Of a stretch of DNA of 64,000 bases, positions 37,500 to 47,392 are shown in pieces; position 1 is the first letter of the stretch, and each line of letters starts with the position of its first letter. Position numbers and translations under genes: made by a program. The stretch covers positions 2,411,947 to 2,475,946 of the forward strand of contig OZ242262.1 of assembly GCA_965207145.1 (NCBI GenBank), read 5' to 3'. This DNA is from Dehalococcoidia bacterium (GTDB lineage: Bacteria; Chloroflexota; Dehalococcoidia; Lucifugimonadales; UBA2962). The notes beneath the pieces are model-generated. The model worked only from the letters and a program-made list of their open reading frames with translations, was not told the DNA's origin and made no database searches.

Positions 37500-38702
37500 C
37501 TAGTCGGGAAGGCACCCGCCCTCGGCGAAGACCCTGGCCATGCGGGCTATGCCCTCGTGGATCTCCTCGGGCGTGTTGTAGCCGAAGCAGAGCCTCGCGC
37601 AGTTCCTCCCGGAGACCCCGTCGGGGGCGAACATCGGGCCGGCCTGGTAGCCGACACCTGCCGCGAGGGCCTGCCCGCTGAGCGATGCGATGTCCGATCC
37701 CTCCGGCATCCTCAGCCAAAGGTAGAGGCCCCCGTCGGGACTGCTCCATTCGGCGCGGTCCCCGAAGTTCTCGCCCAGCGCTGCGGTCATCGCGTCGCGC
37801 CTCTGTCTCTGGATGGAGTTGATCTCCTCGATATGCCCGTCCAGGCCTTTGCGGGCGTAGCGCTCGATCGCCAGGGCGGCGAGCTGGTTGACACCACTCC
37901 CGCCCGTCTTTCGAATCATCCTCATGCGACCGACGATCTCCTCGGGACCGACGAAGTAGCCCATGCGCACACCGGGCGCGATCGTCTTTGAGAACGAGGC
38001 GACATACATGACCTGCCCCATAGGATCGAGTGAGTGGATCGCCGGCACGTTCTCCCCGCCATAGCGAAGGTCGACGTAGCAGTCATCCTCGAATATCGGG
38101 ACCCCGTGCGACCGCGAGACCTCCAGCATCGCCCTTCGCCGCTCGAGCGGCATCGTCCATCCCTGGGGGTTCTGGAACGTGGGGATTGTGTATATCAGCT
38201 TGGCGCCTCGGCCCTCGTCGCTGGCCTGGGTCAGCACCTCATCCAGCGCTTCGGGAATCATCCCGCCGCCGTCGCAGGCAACGCCGCGAACGTCCGCACC
38301 GTTCATCCTCATCGTCGTAAGCGTCCCGGTGTAGAAAAAATCCTCCGCCACGACCACGTCGCCGGGCTCGACCAGCATGCCGATCACCTGGCTGATGTGC
38401 TGGCTGGAGCCGTCCCCAAGGACCACGGCCTCGGGATCGACCGTCATGCCCCGATCGCGGTGCAGCTTTTCCGCGACATACCGGCGAAGCGGCTCATAAC
38501 CCTGTACGTCCGGGTACAGTGCCAGTCCCGCACCCTCTTCCTCAAGCGCCCCGCGCAGGGAGTCGAGCAGGCCGGATAGCGGGAGCGAGCCGGGGTCCGG
38601 GTACGCGATGGCGAAGTCGTACTTGCCCCTGGGCAGTTCGTCCCGGGGCCGGGCCGGGGGCGCGTCGCTCGCCAGCAGCTTTTCAAAGTCCAGATCGCTC
38701 AA
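37500..38702 (-). CDS. PLP-dependent aminotransferase (class I/II, AspC/LysN-like)
   Basis: 400 aa. SFSKTIAPGVRMGY (PLP-Lys motif) and PTFQNPQG. Confidence 0.85.
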   Translation of the reverse strand: MSDLDFEKLLASDAPPARPRDELPRGKYDFAIAYPDPGSLPLSGLLDSLRGALEEEGAGLALYPDVQGYEPLRRYVAEKLHRDRGMTVDPEAVVLGDGSSQHISQVIGMLVEPGDVVVAEDFFYTGTLTTMRMNGADVRGVACDGGGMIPEALDEVLTQASDEGRGAKLIYTIPTFQNPQGWTMPLERRRAMLEVSRSHGVPIFEDDCYVDLRYGGENVPAIHSLDPMGQVMYVASFSKTIAPGVRMGYFVGPEEIVGRMRMIRKTGGSGVNQLAALAIERYARKGLDGHIEEINSIQRQRRDAMTAALGENFGDRAEWSSPDGGLYLWLRMPEGSDIASLSGQALAAGVGYQAGPMFAPDGVSGRNCARLCFGYNTPEEIHEGIARMARVFAEGGCLPD

Positions 38703-38726
38703 GGTCCGCTCTCCTGTGAGGTTCGG

Positions 38727-39437
38727 CTAGGGGTCAAGGGCGATCCTCAGCCGCTTGTTTCCCCTGCCCTTGCTCTCGTGCCCGACGACTCTTATGCGGC
38801 CCACCTCGCGGGTGTTGGCCACGTGGGTGCCGCCGTCGGCCTGGAGGTCGAGGCCGACGATCTCCACTGTCCGCACCACCTTTATCTGGGGCGGCAGGAG
38901 GTTGATCTTGGTCCTGATCAGGTCCGGAACCTGCATCGCCTCCTCGCGGGCAAGCTCCCCGATCGCGATGTCGCGCTCTGCGGCTACCTCCTCGTTGATG
39001 GACTGTTCGACCCGGTCCGCAAAGTCCGATGACATATGCGGCAGTTCAAAGTCCATGCGCGCCTTGAGCGGCTGCATGTTCCCGCCGGTTACCAGGACAC
39101 CGAAGTCCCGCCAGATCACGCCGCACAGGATGTGAAGGGCCGTGTGCGTGCGCATCAGTTGGTAGCGCCGCTCCCAATCGACGGCGCCGCGCACGGTCTG
39201 GCCCTCGGCCGGGGCCTGCCCGTCGATCAGGTGGACCAGCGCGCCATCGATGCGCCGCAGGCCATCCACCCGATACTCCGCGTCGCCCGAGGCCAGGACG
39301 CCAGTATCCGGCGGCTGGCCACCGCCGCCTGGGTAAAAGACCGTCCGATCAAGGACCACCCCCTCTGCCCGCACGGCCTGGACGACGGATTCAAGTTCCC
39401 GCAGGTACGCGTCGTCGTGCGCAACGATCTCGGTCAA
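38727..39437 (-). CDS. alaX: alanyl-tRNA editing protein (AlaX-M type)
   Basis: HTALHIL (HxxxH), GGTHV and the SAD-domain layout. 236 aa. Confidence 0.85.
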   Translation of the reverse strand: MTEIVAHDDAYLRELESVVQAVRAEGVVLDRTVFYPGGGGQPPDTGVLASGDAEYRVDGLRRIDGALVHLIDGQAPAEGQTVRGAVDWERRYQLMRTHTALHILCGVIWRDFGVLVTGGNMQPLKARMDFELPHMSSDFADRVEQSINEEVAAERDIAIGELAREEAMQVPDLIRTKINLLPPQIKVVRTVEIVGLDLQADGGTHVANTREVGRIRVVGHESKGRGNKRLRIALDP

Positions 39438-39685
39438 GGGTCCGGTCCGGCTGTCATCGATTCAGAGTCTCCCACCACGGGGCCATCTTTCCTTAAGGCT
39501 GAACTGGCGCGAGCGCATTGTAACCGCCGTATCCCAGGACTCACCATTACGAATGCGCCCCGGGACCGGTCACTCCCGCACGGAAGATCGCCCCAAATCG
39601 ACCGGGCTCAGAGTTAATTTTGCCGGGGGGTTTTTCGTAACATAGACTGATACGGATGCACGTACCGAACAGGAGAATCTCTTAG

Positions 39686-40408
39686 ATGGCGACCCAGCAG
39701 TACACCATCTCCTACGGCAGAGACCGAGCAAACGCGATCTACACGGACGCGATAACCCGCATGTTCGGGCTGGTCGCGCTCGGGGTCGTCACCACCGCCG
39801 CCGCCATATGGATTGGCGACCTTGTCGGCATAGGCGAGGTCATCTTTGGGTTCGGCTGGATCGGGATGCTCGCCTCCATCGCCGTCATATTCGGAACGCT
39901 CATAGGTGCGAGCAGGGCCGTGCAGAGCGGTAACCTGGCCCTTGGGACCGGGCTGTACCTGGCCTTCACCGCTTTCGAGGGCCTGTTCCTGTCGCCGATC
40001 CTGATCGCGTTCACGGCAAAGTCGATCGGGGTAGCGTTCCTGCTGACCGGCGGTTTGTTCGTTGCCATGAGCCTCATTGGCCTCACCACCAAGAGAGACC
40101 TATCGCGCCTGGGGCCGATGCTGATGTTCGGCCTAATCGGCATGATCGTGATAAGCCTGATAAACGTCCTGCTCATCCAATCGAGCGGGCTGTTCCTCCT
40201 GATCAACCTGCTGCTCTTGCCGCTGTTCCTCGCGCTCACGGTCTGGGAGACCAGACAGATGAAGCAGTTAGCCCAGCAGGCAGCAATGCGCGGAGACGAC
40301 AGGGCCGCATCACAAGTGGCCGTGATGGGCAGCATCGGCCTCTACCTGAACGTGCTGAATACGTTCCTGATCATCCTCAACCTGCTCGGTTTCGCCTCGG
40401 GCGACTAG
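39686..40408 (+). CDS. Bax inhibitor-1/YccA family membrane protein
   Basis: 7-TM, 240 aa. The N-terminus ...YTDAITRMFGLVALGV and the overall hydrophobic pattern fit the BI-1 family. Confidence 0.85.
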   Translation: MATQQYTISYGRDRANAIYTDAITRMFGLVALGVVTTAAAIWIGDLVGIGEVIFGFGWIGMLASIAVIFGTLIGASRAVQSGNLALGTGLYLAFTAFEGLFLSPILIAFTAKSIGVAFLLTGGLFVAMSLIGLTTKRDLSRLGPMLMFGLIGMIVISLINVLLIQSSGLFLLINLLLLPLFLALTVWETRQMKQLAQQAAMRGDDRAASQVAVMGSIGLYLNVLNTFLIILNLLGFASGD

Positions 40409-40432
40409 CCCGAATCCGGCCGGGCGGACCGC

Positions 40433-41980
40433 TCAGGCCGCGCCCGTCACCTCAAGGGCACGAAGCACCGTCATGGCCGCATTGTGGCCGGGTGCGCCGG
40501 TCACCTCGCCGCCCGGGTGCGTGCCGGCGCCGCACAGATACAGATCCTCGATCGGGGTCTCGTAACCGAGCCTGTCGGAGAACATCTGGCCCGCGACCAT
40601 ATCAAGGTGCCGAATGTTGCCGTCCGTAAGGTACATTCGCTCCTCGAGGTCGGCGGGCGTGAACAAGCTCCAGTCGATCACAAGGTCCCTGAAGCCGGGG
40701 GCATAGTTACCGATGGTGTCGATCAGGCGCTCGCCCACCGGCTCGCGCAGCTCGTCCCAGGTGCCCCTGCTGGGCCTGACGGGAGCGTACAGGGCCCAGA
40801 CCGACATCACGTGCCGCCCCTGCTCTTCGACGAGCGAGCCGTCGTACACCGAGGGTATCTGAATGTGCATCACCGGCTCGTCCGCGGGCACACCCGAGCG
40901 GGCCTGCCTCCAGGACAGCTCAAAGCTCTCAATCGACGGACTGAGCCTGACCTGCGCGAGCGTCGTTTCGTCAAGATCCGGCCTGTCACCGATGTAGCGG
41001 GAAAAGTCCGGAAGAGCGGACAGCGCGCAGTGAAACTTGAGATACCCGGCATTGGTCGACATCGCGCTCAGCGAACGCTGGTATTCATCGATATTCCCGT
41101 GCGGATCAACAAGAGATCCGAAGGTGCGCTTGGGATCGGCGTTTGAGATGATCACCCCGCCCTCGATCACCGTCCCGTCCGAAAGGGCCACTCCGGCGGC
41201 ACGGCCGTCCCTTACGACGATCCTATCCACCTCGATGCAGGTCCGGATCTCAGCCCCGCGGGCCTCGGCGGACGCTGCCATGGCCTGCGTTATGCCGCCC
41301 ATGCCCCCGTGCGGTATTCCCAGGAGGTCCGGCGCTGTGTGGAGATCTACCATGTTGTAGGCAAGTGCGAGAATGCTCCCGGGCGCCCTCGGGTTGCCGG
41401 CGTCCTCGGCATCCAGGAAGGTCGCCCTCACAAGGTCCGACCTGAAATGCTCTGTGACAAGGTCCACCAGGTTGCCGGTGAGCATGCGGTTTAGAACAGC
41501 CTCGTCCTGAGTCCCCTCGCACTCTGCGACGAGCTCGTCCAGGCTCGGAGGAGGCGATAGGAAGTGGCGGTGGATTATGCCCGCGGCCCGGCGCAAGAAC
41601 TCGTAGAAGGCCGGGTAGGCCCTCGCGTCCGCACGGTCAATGCGCGCCACCTCCTGTCTGGTCCGCCCCGGATCCTGCCAGGTGAGCATGTACCGGCCAT
41701 CGGGGAACGGCTGAAAGCGGTATGGGTCGACTGTGTGAATGCGAAGGCCGTGGCCTGGAAGGTCCAGCTCGTCGACCACCTTCCTCTGGAGCAGGTGGCA
41801 GATGTACGAGCAAGACGAGACCCGGAATCCCGGGAAGAGCTCCTCTGTGACGCATGCCCCGCCGACCAGGTCCCTTCGCTCCAGCACGAGCACGGAAAGC
41901 CCGGCGCCGGCGAGGTACCCGGCCGTCACAAGGCCGTTATGGCCCGCGCCCACTATGACCGCATCGTACCTGTCAGCCAT
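40433..41980 (-). CDS. NAD(P)/FAD-dependent oxidoreductase (phytoene-desaturase-related, COG1233)
   Basis: YDAVIVGAGHNGLVTAGYLAGAGLSVLVLERRDLVGGAC and C-terminal GAGTHPGGEVTGAPG. Confidence 0.85.
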   Translation of the reverse strand: MADRYDAVIVGAGHNGLVTAGYLAGAGLSVLVLERRDLVGGACVTEELFPGFRVSSCSYICHLLQRKVVDELDLPGHGLRIHTVDPYRFQPFPDGRYMLTWQDPGRTRQEVARIDRADARAYPAFYEFLRRAAGIIHRHFLSPPPSLDELVAECEGTQDEAVLNRMLTGNLVDLVTEHFRSDLVRATFLDAEDAGNPRAPGSILALAYNMVDLHTAPDLLGIPHGGMGGITQAMAASAEARGAEIRTCIEVDRIVVRDGRAAGVALSDGTVIEGGVIISNADPKRTFGSLVDPHGNIDEYQRSLSAMSTNAGYLKFHCALSALPDFSRYIGDRPDLDETTLAQVRLSPSIESFELSWRQARSGVPADEPVMHIQIPSVYDGSLVEEQGRHVMSVWALYAPVRPSRGTWDELREPVGERLIDTIGNYAPGFRDLVIDWSLFTPADLEERMYLTDGNIRHLDMVAGQMFSDRLGYETPIEDLYLCGAGTHPGGEVTGAPGHNAAMTVLRALEVTGAA

Positions 41981-42029
41981 GACTGACGGAGGTTAGCATA
42001 ACGACATATCACACGGAGAAAGAGGGCAG

Positions 42030-43241
42030 ATGGAGAGGGACAGCTACGACGTTGCGGTGATCGGGGCCGGGATAATCGGCCTCGCAACGGCGATGCGGCT
42101 GGCAAACGAGATGCCGGAGCTCAGAACGGTCGTGCTCGAAAAGGAGCCGACCATAGCGCTTCACCAGACCGGCCACAACAGCGGGGTGATCCACGCGGGC
42201 ATCTACTATGCGCCGGGCTCACAGAAGGCGAACTTCTGCGCTTCGGGCGGGCGCGAGCTGAGGCGCTACTGTGATGAGCGCGGCATCCCATACCGCATGT
42301 GCGGAAAGCTGGTCGTAGCTGTAGACGAGACCGAGGTGCCGCGCCTTGCAGAGCTACACCGCCGCGGGACCGCGAACGGTGCCGAGGGCCTCGAACTGGT
42401 CGGGGCTGAGCGGCTAAGGGAGATCGAGCCGCACGCAGCGGGGGTGAGTGCGATCTTCTCTCCTAACACAGGCATAATCGACTTTTCGCAGGTGTCGGCG
42501 TCCTACTCCCGGGACTACACCTCGGCGGGGGGAGAGCTTTCGCTCGGAACGGCCCTTACCGGGGCGACACCCGACAATGGAGCGATAAGGCTGCTGACGA
42601 ACAAAGGCGACATCGGCGCAAGGCACGTGATCAACTGCGCGGGCCTTTACGCGGACAGGGTGGCGAATCTGATGTCGACGGACGCCGGGGTGCGCATAGT
42701 GCCCTTTAGGGGGGAGTACTTCTCGCTGCGGGAGGACCGGCAGGACCTCGTAAGGGGGCTCATTTACCCGGTCCCCGACCCGTCGATGCCTTTCCTCGGG
42801 GTCCACTTCACCCGCCGCATCGGGGGCGGCGTCGAGGCAGGCCCGAACGCCGTGCTCGCCCTGTCGCGGGAGGGCTACTCCAAGCTCTCCTTCAGCCTCA
42901 GGGATGCGCTGGGAACGCTTGGCTTTGCGGGCTTTTGGCGCATGTCGGCGACCCATTGGAAGACCGGCGTCTCAGAGCAGTACCGCTCTCTCCTAAAGTC
43001 GGTGTTCCTCAGGTCGCTTCAGCGCCTCGTCCCGGACATAGAGAAGGGCGACCTTACCGAGCCGGGATCGGGCGTCAGGGCCCAGGCGGTCGACCGCTCG
43101 GGTCGGCTGCTCCAGGACTTTTCCATAGTCCAAGGACCGCGCGCCATACACGTGCTGAGCGCGCCCTCACCCGGAGCCACCTCTTCGCTCACGATCAGCC
43201 GATACATCGTCGATCAGGCCCGCGAAAGCTTCGGGCTCTAG
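42030..43241 (+). CDS. lhgO: L-2-hydroxyglutarate oxidase
   Basis: It is collinear with my recollection of E. coli LhgO: VIGAGIIGLATAM..., HQTGHNSGVIHAGIYYAPGS.KA.FC, PFRGEYF, IYPVPDP.MPFLGVHFTR, GVRAQAV, SPGATSS. Confidence 0.9.
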   Translation: MERDSYDVAVIGAGIIGLATAMRLANEMPELRTVVLEKEPTIALHQTGHNSGVIHAGIYYAPGSQKANFCASGGRELRRYCDERGIPYRMCGKLVVAVDETEVPRLAELHRRGTANGAEGLELVGAERLREIEPHAAGVSAIFSPNTGIIDFSQVSASYSRDYTSAGGELSLGTALTGATPDNGAIRLLTNKGDIGARHVINCAGLYADRVANLMSTDAGVRIVPFRGEYFSLREDRQDLVRGLIYPVPDPSMPFLGVHFTRRIGGGVEAGPNAVLALSREGYSKLSFSLRDALGTLGFAGFWRMSATHWKTGVSEQYRSLLKSVFLRSLQRLVPDIEKGDLTEPGSGVRAQAVDRSGRLLQDFSIVQGPRAIHVLSAPSPGATSSLTISRYIVDQARESFGL

Positions 43242-43262
43242 CGGTCTGCGGCCGGCCGCAGG

Positions 43263-44366
43263 CTACATGATAAGGACGCCGCGCAGGTTCTTCCCGGCCC
43301 GAAGGTCGCTGAAAGCATCATTCACGCCCTCAAGGCTGTAGGTGGTCGTAACCATGTCGTCAAGGTTTAGCCGGCCCGCCATGTACAGGTCCAGGAGCCT
43401 GGGAATGTCCACACTCATGCGCGCCCCGCCGTACCCGGTGCCCCTGATCACCTTCTCGGTGAACGGAAAGTCCAGCGCCGGTAGCGAGACCTCGTCACCC
43501 ATGCCCGCTCCGCCGATAACGACCTCGGTGCCCCCCTTGGCCGTCGCGTCCCAGGCCTGTCGCATCACGTCTACGTTCCCGATCGCCTCGAAGGTGTAGT
43601 CGGCTCCAATGTATGTGATGTCCTGGATCGCCTCGATGGGATCGACTTCGGAGGCGTCCACCGTGTGGGTGGCACCGAACTTCAGTGCTCCCTCTAGCTT
43701 TTCTTTGCGGTTGTCGACCGCGATGATCGGGTTGGCACCCGAGAGCACAGCGCCCTGGATGACACTTATGCCGACGCCCCCGGCGCCGAATACCGCGACG
43801 CTTTCCCCCGGGCATGGCTTGGCCGTGTTGATGACCGCGCCCACGCCGGTCATCACCGCACAGCCGACCAGCGCGGCCTTATCGAGCGGCACTTCGCTTT
43901 GCACCTTAACGACGCTCTTTTCGTCGCACACCGTGTACTGTGCCATGGTGGAGATGCCCAGGAAGTGATGGTAAGTCGTATCGCCCTTCCGCATGCGGGT
44001 GGTCCCGTCTGAGAGGTACCCCTGGCCGATTACGGGACCGCGGCCGAAGTCGCAGATGTTCGGCCTTCCGACGACACAGTAGCGGCAAACGCCGCACGCG
44101 TATATCCACGACAGCACAACGTGGTCCCCGGGCTCTACTATGGTGACCTTATCGCCCACCTTCTCCACGACCCCGGCGCCCTCGTGGCCCAGTACGATGG
44201 GCCTTGGCGACTCGAAGAAAGGCTTACCGGCAACGAAGACGTAGTCGGAGTGGCAGACGCCGGAGGCGGCAACCCTCACCATCACCTCGGAGTCCTGCGG
44301 GTCGTCCAGGTCGATCTCCTCGACCGTCATAGGCTGTCCGTACTCGTGCAGTGCTGCTGCCTTCAT
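43263..44366 (-). CDS. zinc-dependent alcohol dehydrogenase family protein
   Basis: GVCHSD, GHEGAGVVEKVG, the structural-zinc Cys cluster CGVCRYC, and VFGAGGVG. Confidence 0.9.
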   Translation of the reverse strand: MKAAALHEYGQPMTVEEIDLDDPQDSEVMVRVAASGVCHSDYVFVAGKPFFESPRPIVLGHEGAGVVEKVGDKVTIVEPGDHVVLSWIYACGVCRYCVVGRPNICDFGRGPVIGQGYLSDGTTRMRKGDTTYHHFLGISTMAQYTVCDEKSVVKVQSEVPLDKAALVGCAVMTGVGAVINTAKPCPGESVAVFGAGGVGISVIQGAVLSGANPIIAVDNRKEKLEGALKFGATHTVDASEVDPIEAIQDITYIGADYTFEAIGNVDVMRQAWDATAKGGTEVVIGGAGMGDEVSLPALDFPFTEKVIRGTGYGGARMSVDIPRLLDLYMAGRLNLDDMVTTTYSLEGVNDAFSDLRAGKNLRGVLIM

Positions 44367-44555
44367 CTGTTACCTCCGCTGGAGTTTGATTGCCGATTAC
44401 TTAGCTTCCGCTTCCCCGCCACCTGGCCGCTGCATGCCTTTAAACTCTCGGGGTGCCCGGCCAGATGACCGCACACCAGCCAGAATGCTCCTTTTGACGA
44501 TGCCACATGGTACCAACGTTTCACCCGGACGCATCATGAGTTCGCAGGGGGGACT

Positions 44556-45794
44556 GTGATTGACCCTAGGGCCCTGCCCGCCCCTGCCGCGTCGCTCCTC
44601 ATCTGCCTCTTCACACTGCTTACCGCGGCGGCCTGCGCGGGCGAGGCTCTCGAAGCCCCCGCCACCTCCTCGCCCTCCCCTGTGGCGCCGATCGGGCCAC
44701 CGGGAGTACAACCCCTGGAGATGATCGAGGTGGAGCGCGTCTTCCCCTCCCTGTCCTTTGCCCGGATGACCTACCTGACGCACGCAGGGGATGGCAGCGG
44801 CACGCTCTTTGTGACGCTGCAGCCTGGGGTCGTGATGTTCTTTCAGAACGATCCGGACGCGGCCTCAGCCGACACATTCCTGGACATCCGGCACCGGGTA
44901 AGCGACAAGGGGAACGAGGAGGGACTGCTCGGGCTTGCCTTCGATCCGAAATACGCCGAAAACGGGCATTTTTATGTTTACTACTCGGCTGCAGACCCCC
45001 GAAGATCGGTGCTCTCGCGCTTTTCCGTGCCGCCAGGTTCCACCACAGCGGACCCGGCAAGCGAGCTGGTACTGCTCGAGATACCCCAGCCCTTCAGCAA
45101 CCACAACGGCGGCCAGGTCGCCTTTGGCCCCGACGGTTACCTTTACGTCGGTCTCGGCGACGGCGGAAGAGCCGGCGACCCTTTCGGTAACGGACAGGAC
45201 AGGTCGACTCTTCTAGGTTCTATCCTCCGCATAGATGTTGGGACCGTCGGCGAGCGCGGGGGATACGGGATCCCCTTGGACAACCCGTTCCTCGCGGCCG
45301 GGGACGGGTCGCGGCCGGAGATATGGGCGTACGGGTTGCGCAATCCGTGGCGATTCTCGTTCGACCTTGAGACAGGTGACCTGTGGGTCGCCGACGTGGG
45401 CCAGAACCAATACGAGGAGGTAGACCTGATCGAGCCGGGGGGCAACTACGGCTGGAACGTTATGGAGGGAAACTCCTGCTTTTCGCCTTCCACAGGATGC
45501 AGTATCGAGGGACTGGTGCGGCCGGTTGTCCAGTACGGGCGCGAGGACGGCTGCTCTATCACGGGCGGATACGTCTACAGGGGCTCTCGCCTGCCCTCTC
45601 TCAGAGGAGCCTACGTATACGGGGACTTTTGCAGCGGGCGGATCTGGGCGCTGCGATATGATGGGACCGTCGTCTCAGAGCACCTTGAGCTCATCGACTC
45701 CGAGCTCAGGATATCCTCCTTCGGGCTCGACGAGTCGGGCGAACTTTACATCCTGTCCTTCGACGAAAAGATATACCGGCTTGCAGGCAAGTAG
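44556..45794 (+). CDS. PQQ-dependent sugar dehydrogenase (soluble aldose/sorbosone dehydrogenase family), lipoprotein
   Basis: Lipobox LLTAAAC. GLLGLAFDP, NHNGGQVAFGPDGYLYVGLGDGG, GSILRIDV, YGLRNPWRFSFD, VGQNQYEEV. Confidence 0.88.
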   Translation: MIDPRALPAPAASLLICLFTLLTAAACAGEALEAPATSSPSPVAPIGPPGVQPLEMIEVERVFPSLSFARMTYLTHAGDGSGTLFVTLQPGVVMFFQNDPDAASADTFLDIRHRVSDKGNEEGLLGLAFDPKYAENGHFYVYYSAADPRRSVLSRFSVPPGSTTADPASELVLLEIPQPFSNHNGGQVAFGPDGYLYVGLGDGGRAGDPFGNGQDRSTLLGSILRIDVGTVGERGGYGIPLDNPFLAAGDGSRPEIWAYGLRNPWRFSFDLETGDLWVADVGQNQYEEVDLIEPGGNYGWNVMEGNSCFSPSTGCSIEGLVRPVVQYGREDGCSITGGYVYRGSRLPSLRGAYVYGDFCSGRIWALRYDGTVVSEHLELIDSELRISSFGLDESGELYILSFDEKIYRLAGK

Positions 45795-45850
45795 ATGACC
45801 ACCCCGACCATGCATTCCCGGGACCTGGGACCTTCGGAACGTGGCGCACC

Positions 45851-46966
45851 ATGGGTCGACGGGCCATCATAGAGGGAACAGAGGCTACGGAGGTCGCACA
45901 GTTGGAAACGCACAGGATAGCCGTCATCCCCGGAGACGGCATCGGGGTCGACGTGGTGGAACAGGGAATCAGGGTTCTGGATGCCGCGTGCAAAATCCAC
46001 GGGGCTAGCCTCTCATACACTGAGCTTCCCTGGGGGAGCGATTGGTACTTTCGAAACGGCGCCATGATGCCGGACGACGGCATTTCCACGCTGGCCGAGT
46101 TCGATGCGATCTACCTAGGAGCCGTCGGCCATCCCGACCTGCAGGATCACATCACCCTCAACGGCCTGCTGCTTCCCATTCGCAGGGCCTTCGACCAATA
46201 CGTCTGCCTGCGCCCGGCGGTCCTTCATCCCGGCGCCAGCTCGCCCCTCTCCGGATACGCCCCTGGAGACATCGACATGATCGTCATACGCGAGAACACC
46301 GAGGGCGAGTATGCGAACGTCGGGGGCTTTCAGTACCGGGGCTTTCCCGAGGAGGTCGGCATCCAGACCGCGGTATTCACGAGGCAGGGCTGTGAGCGGG
46401 TCATCCGCTTCGCCTTCGAACTGGCCGAACGCAGGAAGGGCAAAGGGCGTGTCACCTCGATCACCAAGTCTAACGCGCAGGGCTATGGCATGGTCGTATG
46501 GGACGACGCGTTCGAGGCAGTCGCCGCCGGATACCCCGGCATCGAAACAGAGTCGTTGCTCGTAGACGCTGCGTGCATGGAGTTCATACGTCGGCCGGAG
46601 AGCTTCGACGTGGTCGTCGGGTCCAACCTGTTCGGGGACATCCTTACGGACATAGGGGGTGCCATCACTGGCAGCATCGGCCTCTCAGCCAGCGGCAACA
46701 TCGACCCTGAGCGCCGTTTCCCTTCGATGTTCGAGCCTGTGCACGGCAGCGCGCCAGACATCGCCGGAAAGGGCATTGCAAACCCGATCGCGGCTATCCT
46801 GTCCGGGGCGATGATGCTTAGTCACCTGGGCGAAGACGCAGCCTCGGGCGCGGTCGAGGCGGCCGCGCTGAGCGTCCTTGCAGGCGGCGCAACGCTCACG
46901 CCGGATCTCGGCGGGAGTGCGACCACAGCACAGGTGGGAGATGCTGTCAGGGCAGCCGTTACGTGA
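45851..46966 (+). CDS. tartrate dehydrogenase/decarboxylase (isocitrate/isopropylmalate dehydrogenase family)
   Basis: IAVIPGDGIG, MMPDDG, FDAIYLGAVGHPD, RRAFDQYVCLRP, VIRENTEGEY, SNLFGDILTD. Confidence 0.85.
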   Translation: MGRRAIIEGTEATEVAQLETHRIAVIPGDGIGVDVVEQGIRVLDAACKIHGASLSYTELPWGSDWYFRNGAMMPDDGISTLAEFDAIYLGAVGHPDLQDHITLNGLLLPIRRAFDQYVCLRPAVLHPGASSPLSGYAPGDIDMIVIRENTEGEYANVGGFQYRGFPEEVGIQTAVFTRQGCERVIRFAFELAERRKGKGRVTSITKSNAQGYGMVVWDDAFEAVAAGYPGIETESLLVDAACMEFIRRPESFDVVVGSNLFGDILTDIGGAITGSIGLSASGNIDPERRFPSMFEPVHGSAPDIAGKGIANPIAAILSGAMMLSHLGEDAASGAVEAAALSVLAGGATLTPDLGGSATTAQVGDAVRAAVT

Positions 46967-47060
46967 CCGGCCGCGGTTGAGAGAGTGGTCGCTGGGACGG
47001 ACAAGTGCGGAACTACCTGAGTTCTTCGACCATGTGGCGGTGGGATAAGATAGGTTCCAA

Positions 47061-47132
47061 GCGGGAGTAGCTCAGTGGTAGAGTCCCTGCCTTCCAAGCA
47101 GGCTGTCGCCGGTTCGATCCCGGTCTCCCGCT
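47061..47132 (+). tRNA. tRNA-Gly (anticodon UCC)
   Basis: A hand-folded cloverleaf works: acceptor GCGGGAG/CTCCCGC, D arm GCTC-AGTGGTA-GAGT, anticodon arm CCTGC-CTTCCAA-GCAGG, T arm GCCGG-TTCGATC-CCGGT, discriminator T. CCA is not encoded. Confidence 0.93.
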
Positions 47133-47392
47133 CCGCCTATCGACGATAGCGAGAACCTTATCCCGGAGATCGCCACGTCCCGACCAGGCTTACACCACGG
47201 GAGATCACTCGCCCCGTCTTCTAGCCGGGGCATGGATGGACAACCCTGCGGGCCGCTCCGGCATTGCCTAACGTAGGGCGGCCGACGCCTAAATACCTTG
47301 ACCCCGTCGATACGGGACGCGAAGGACCGGGCACCGAGGTCGTCATCTTCGGCAGTACGATCGCACGTGGGCAAGATCGTCGGTTAAGGCCC

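Noticed and set aside
47133-47392. tRNA-Gly as an integration hotspot, meaning a possible island junction downstream of the tRNA.
   Set aside because: There is no integrase gene, I noticed no direct repeat of the tRNA 3' end, and the flanking genes (tartrate dehydrogenase, acoABC) have normal composition.
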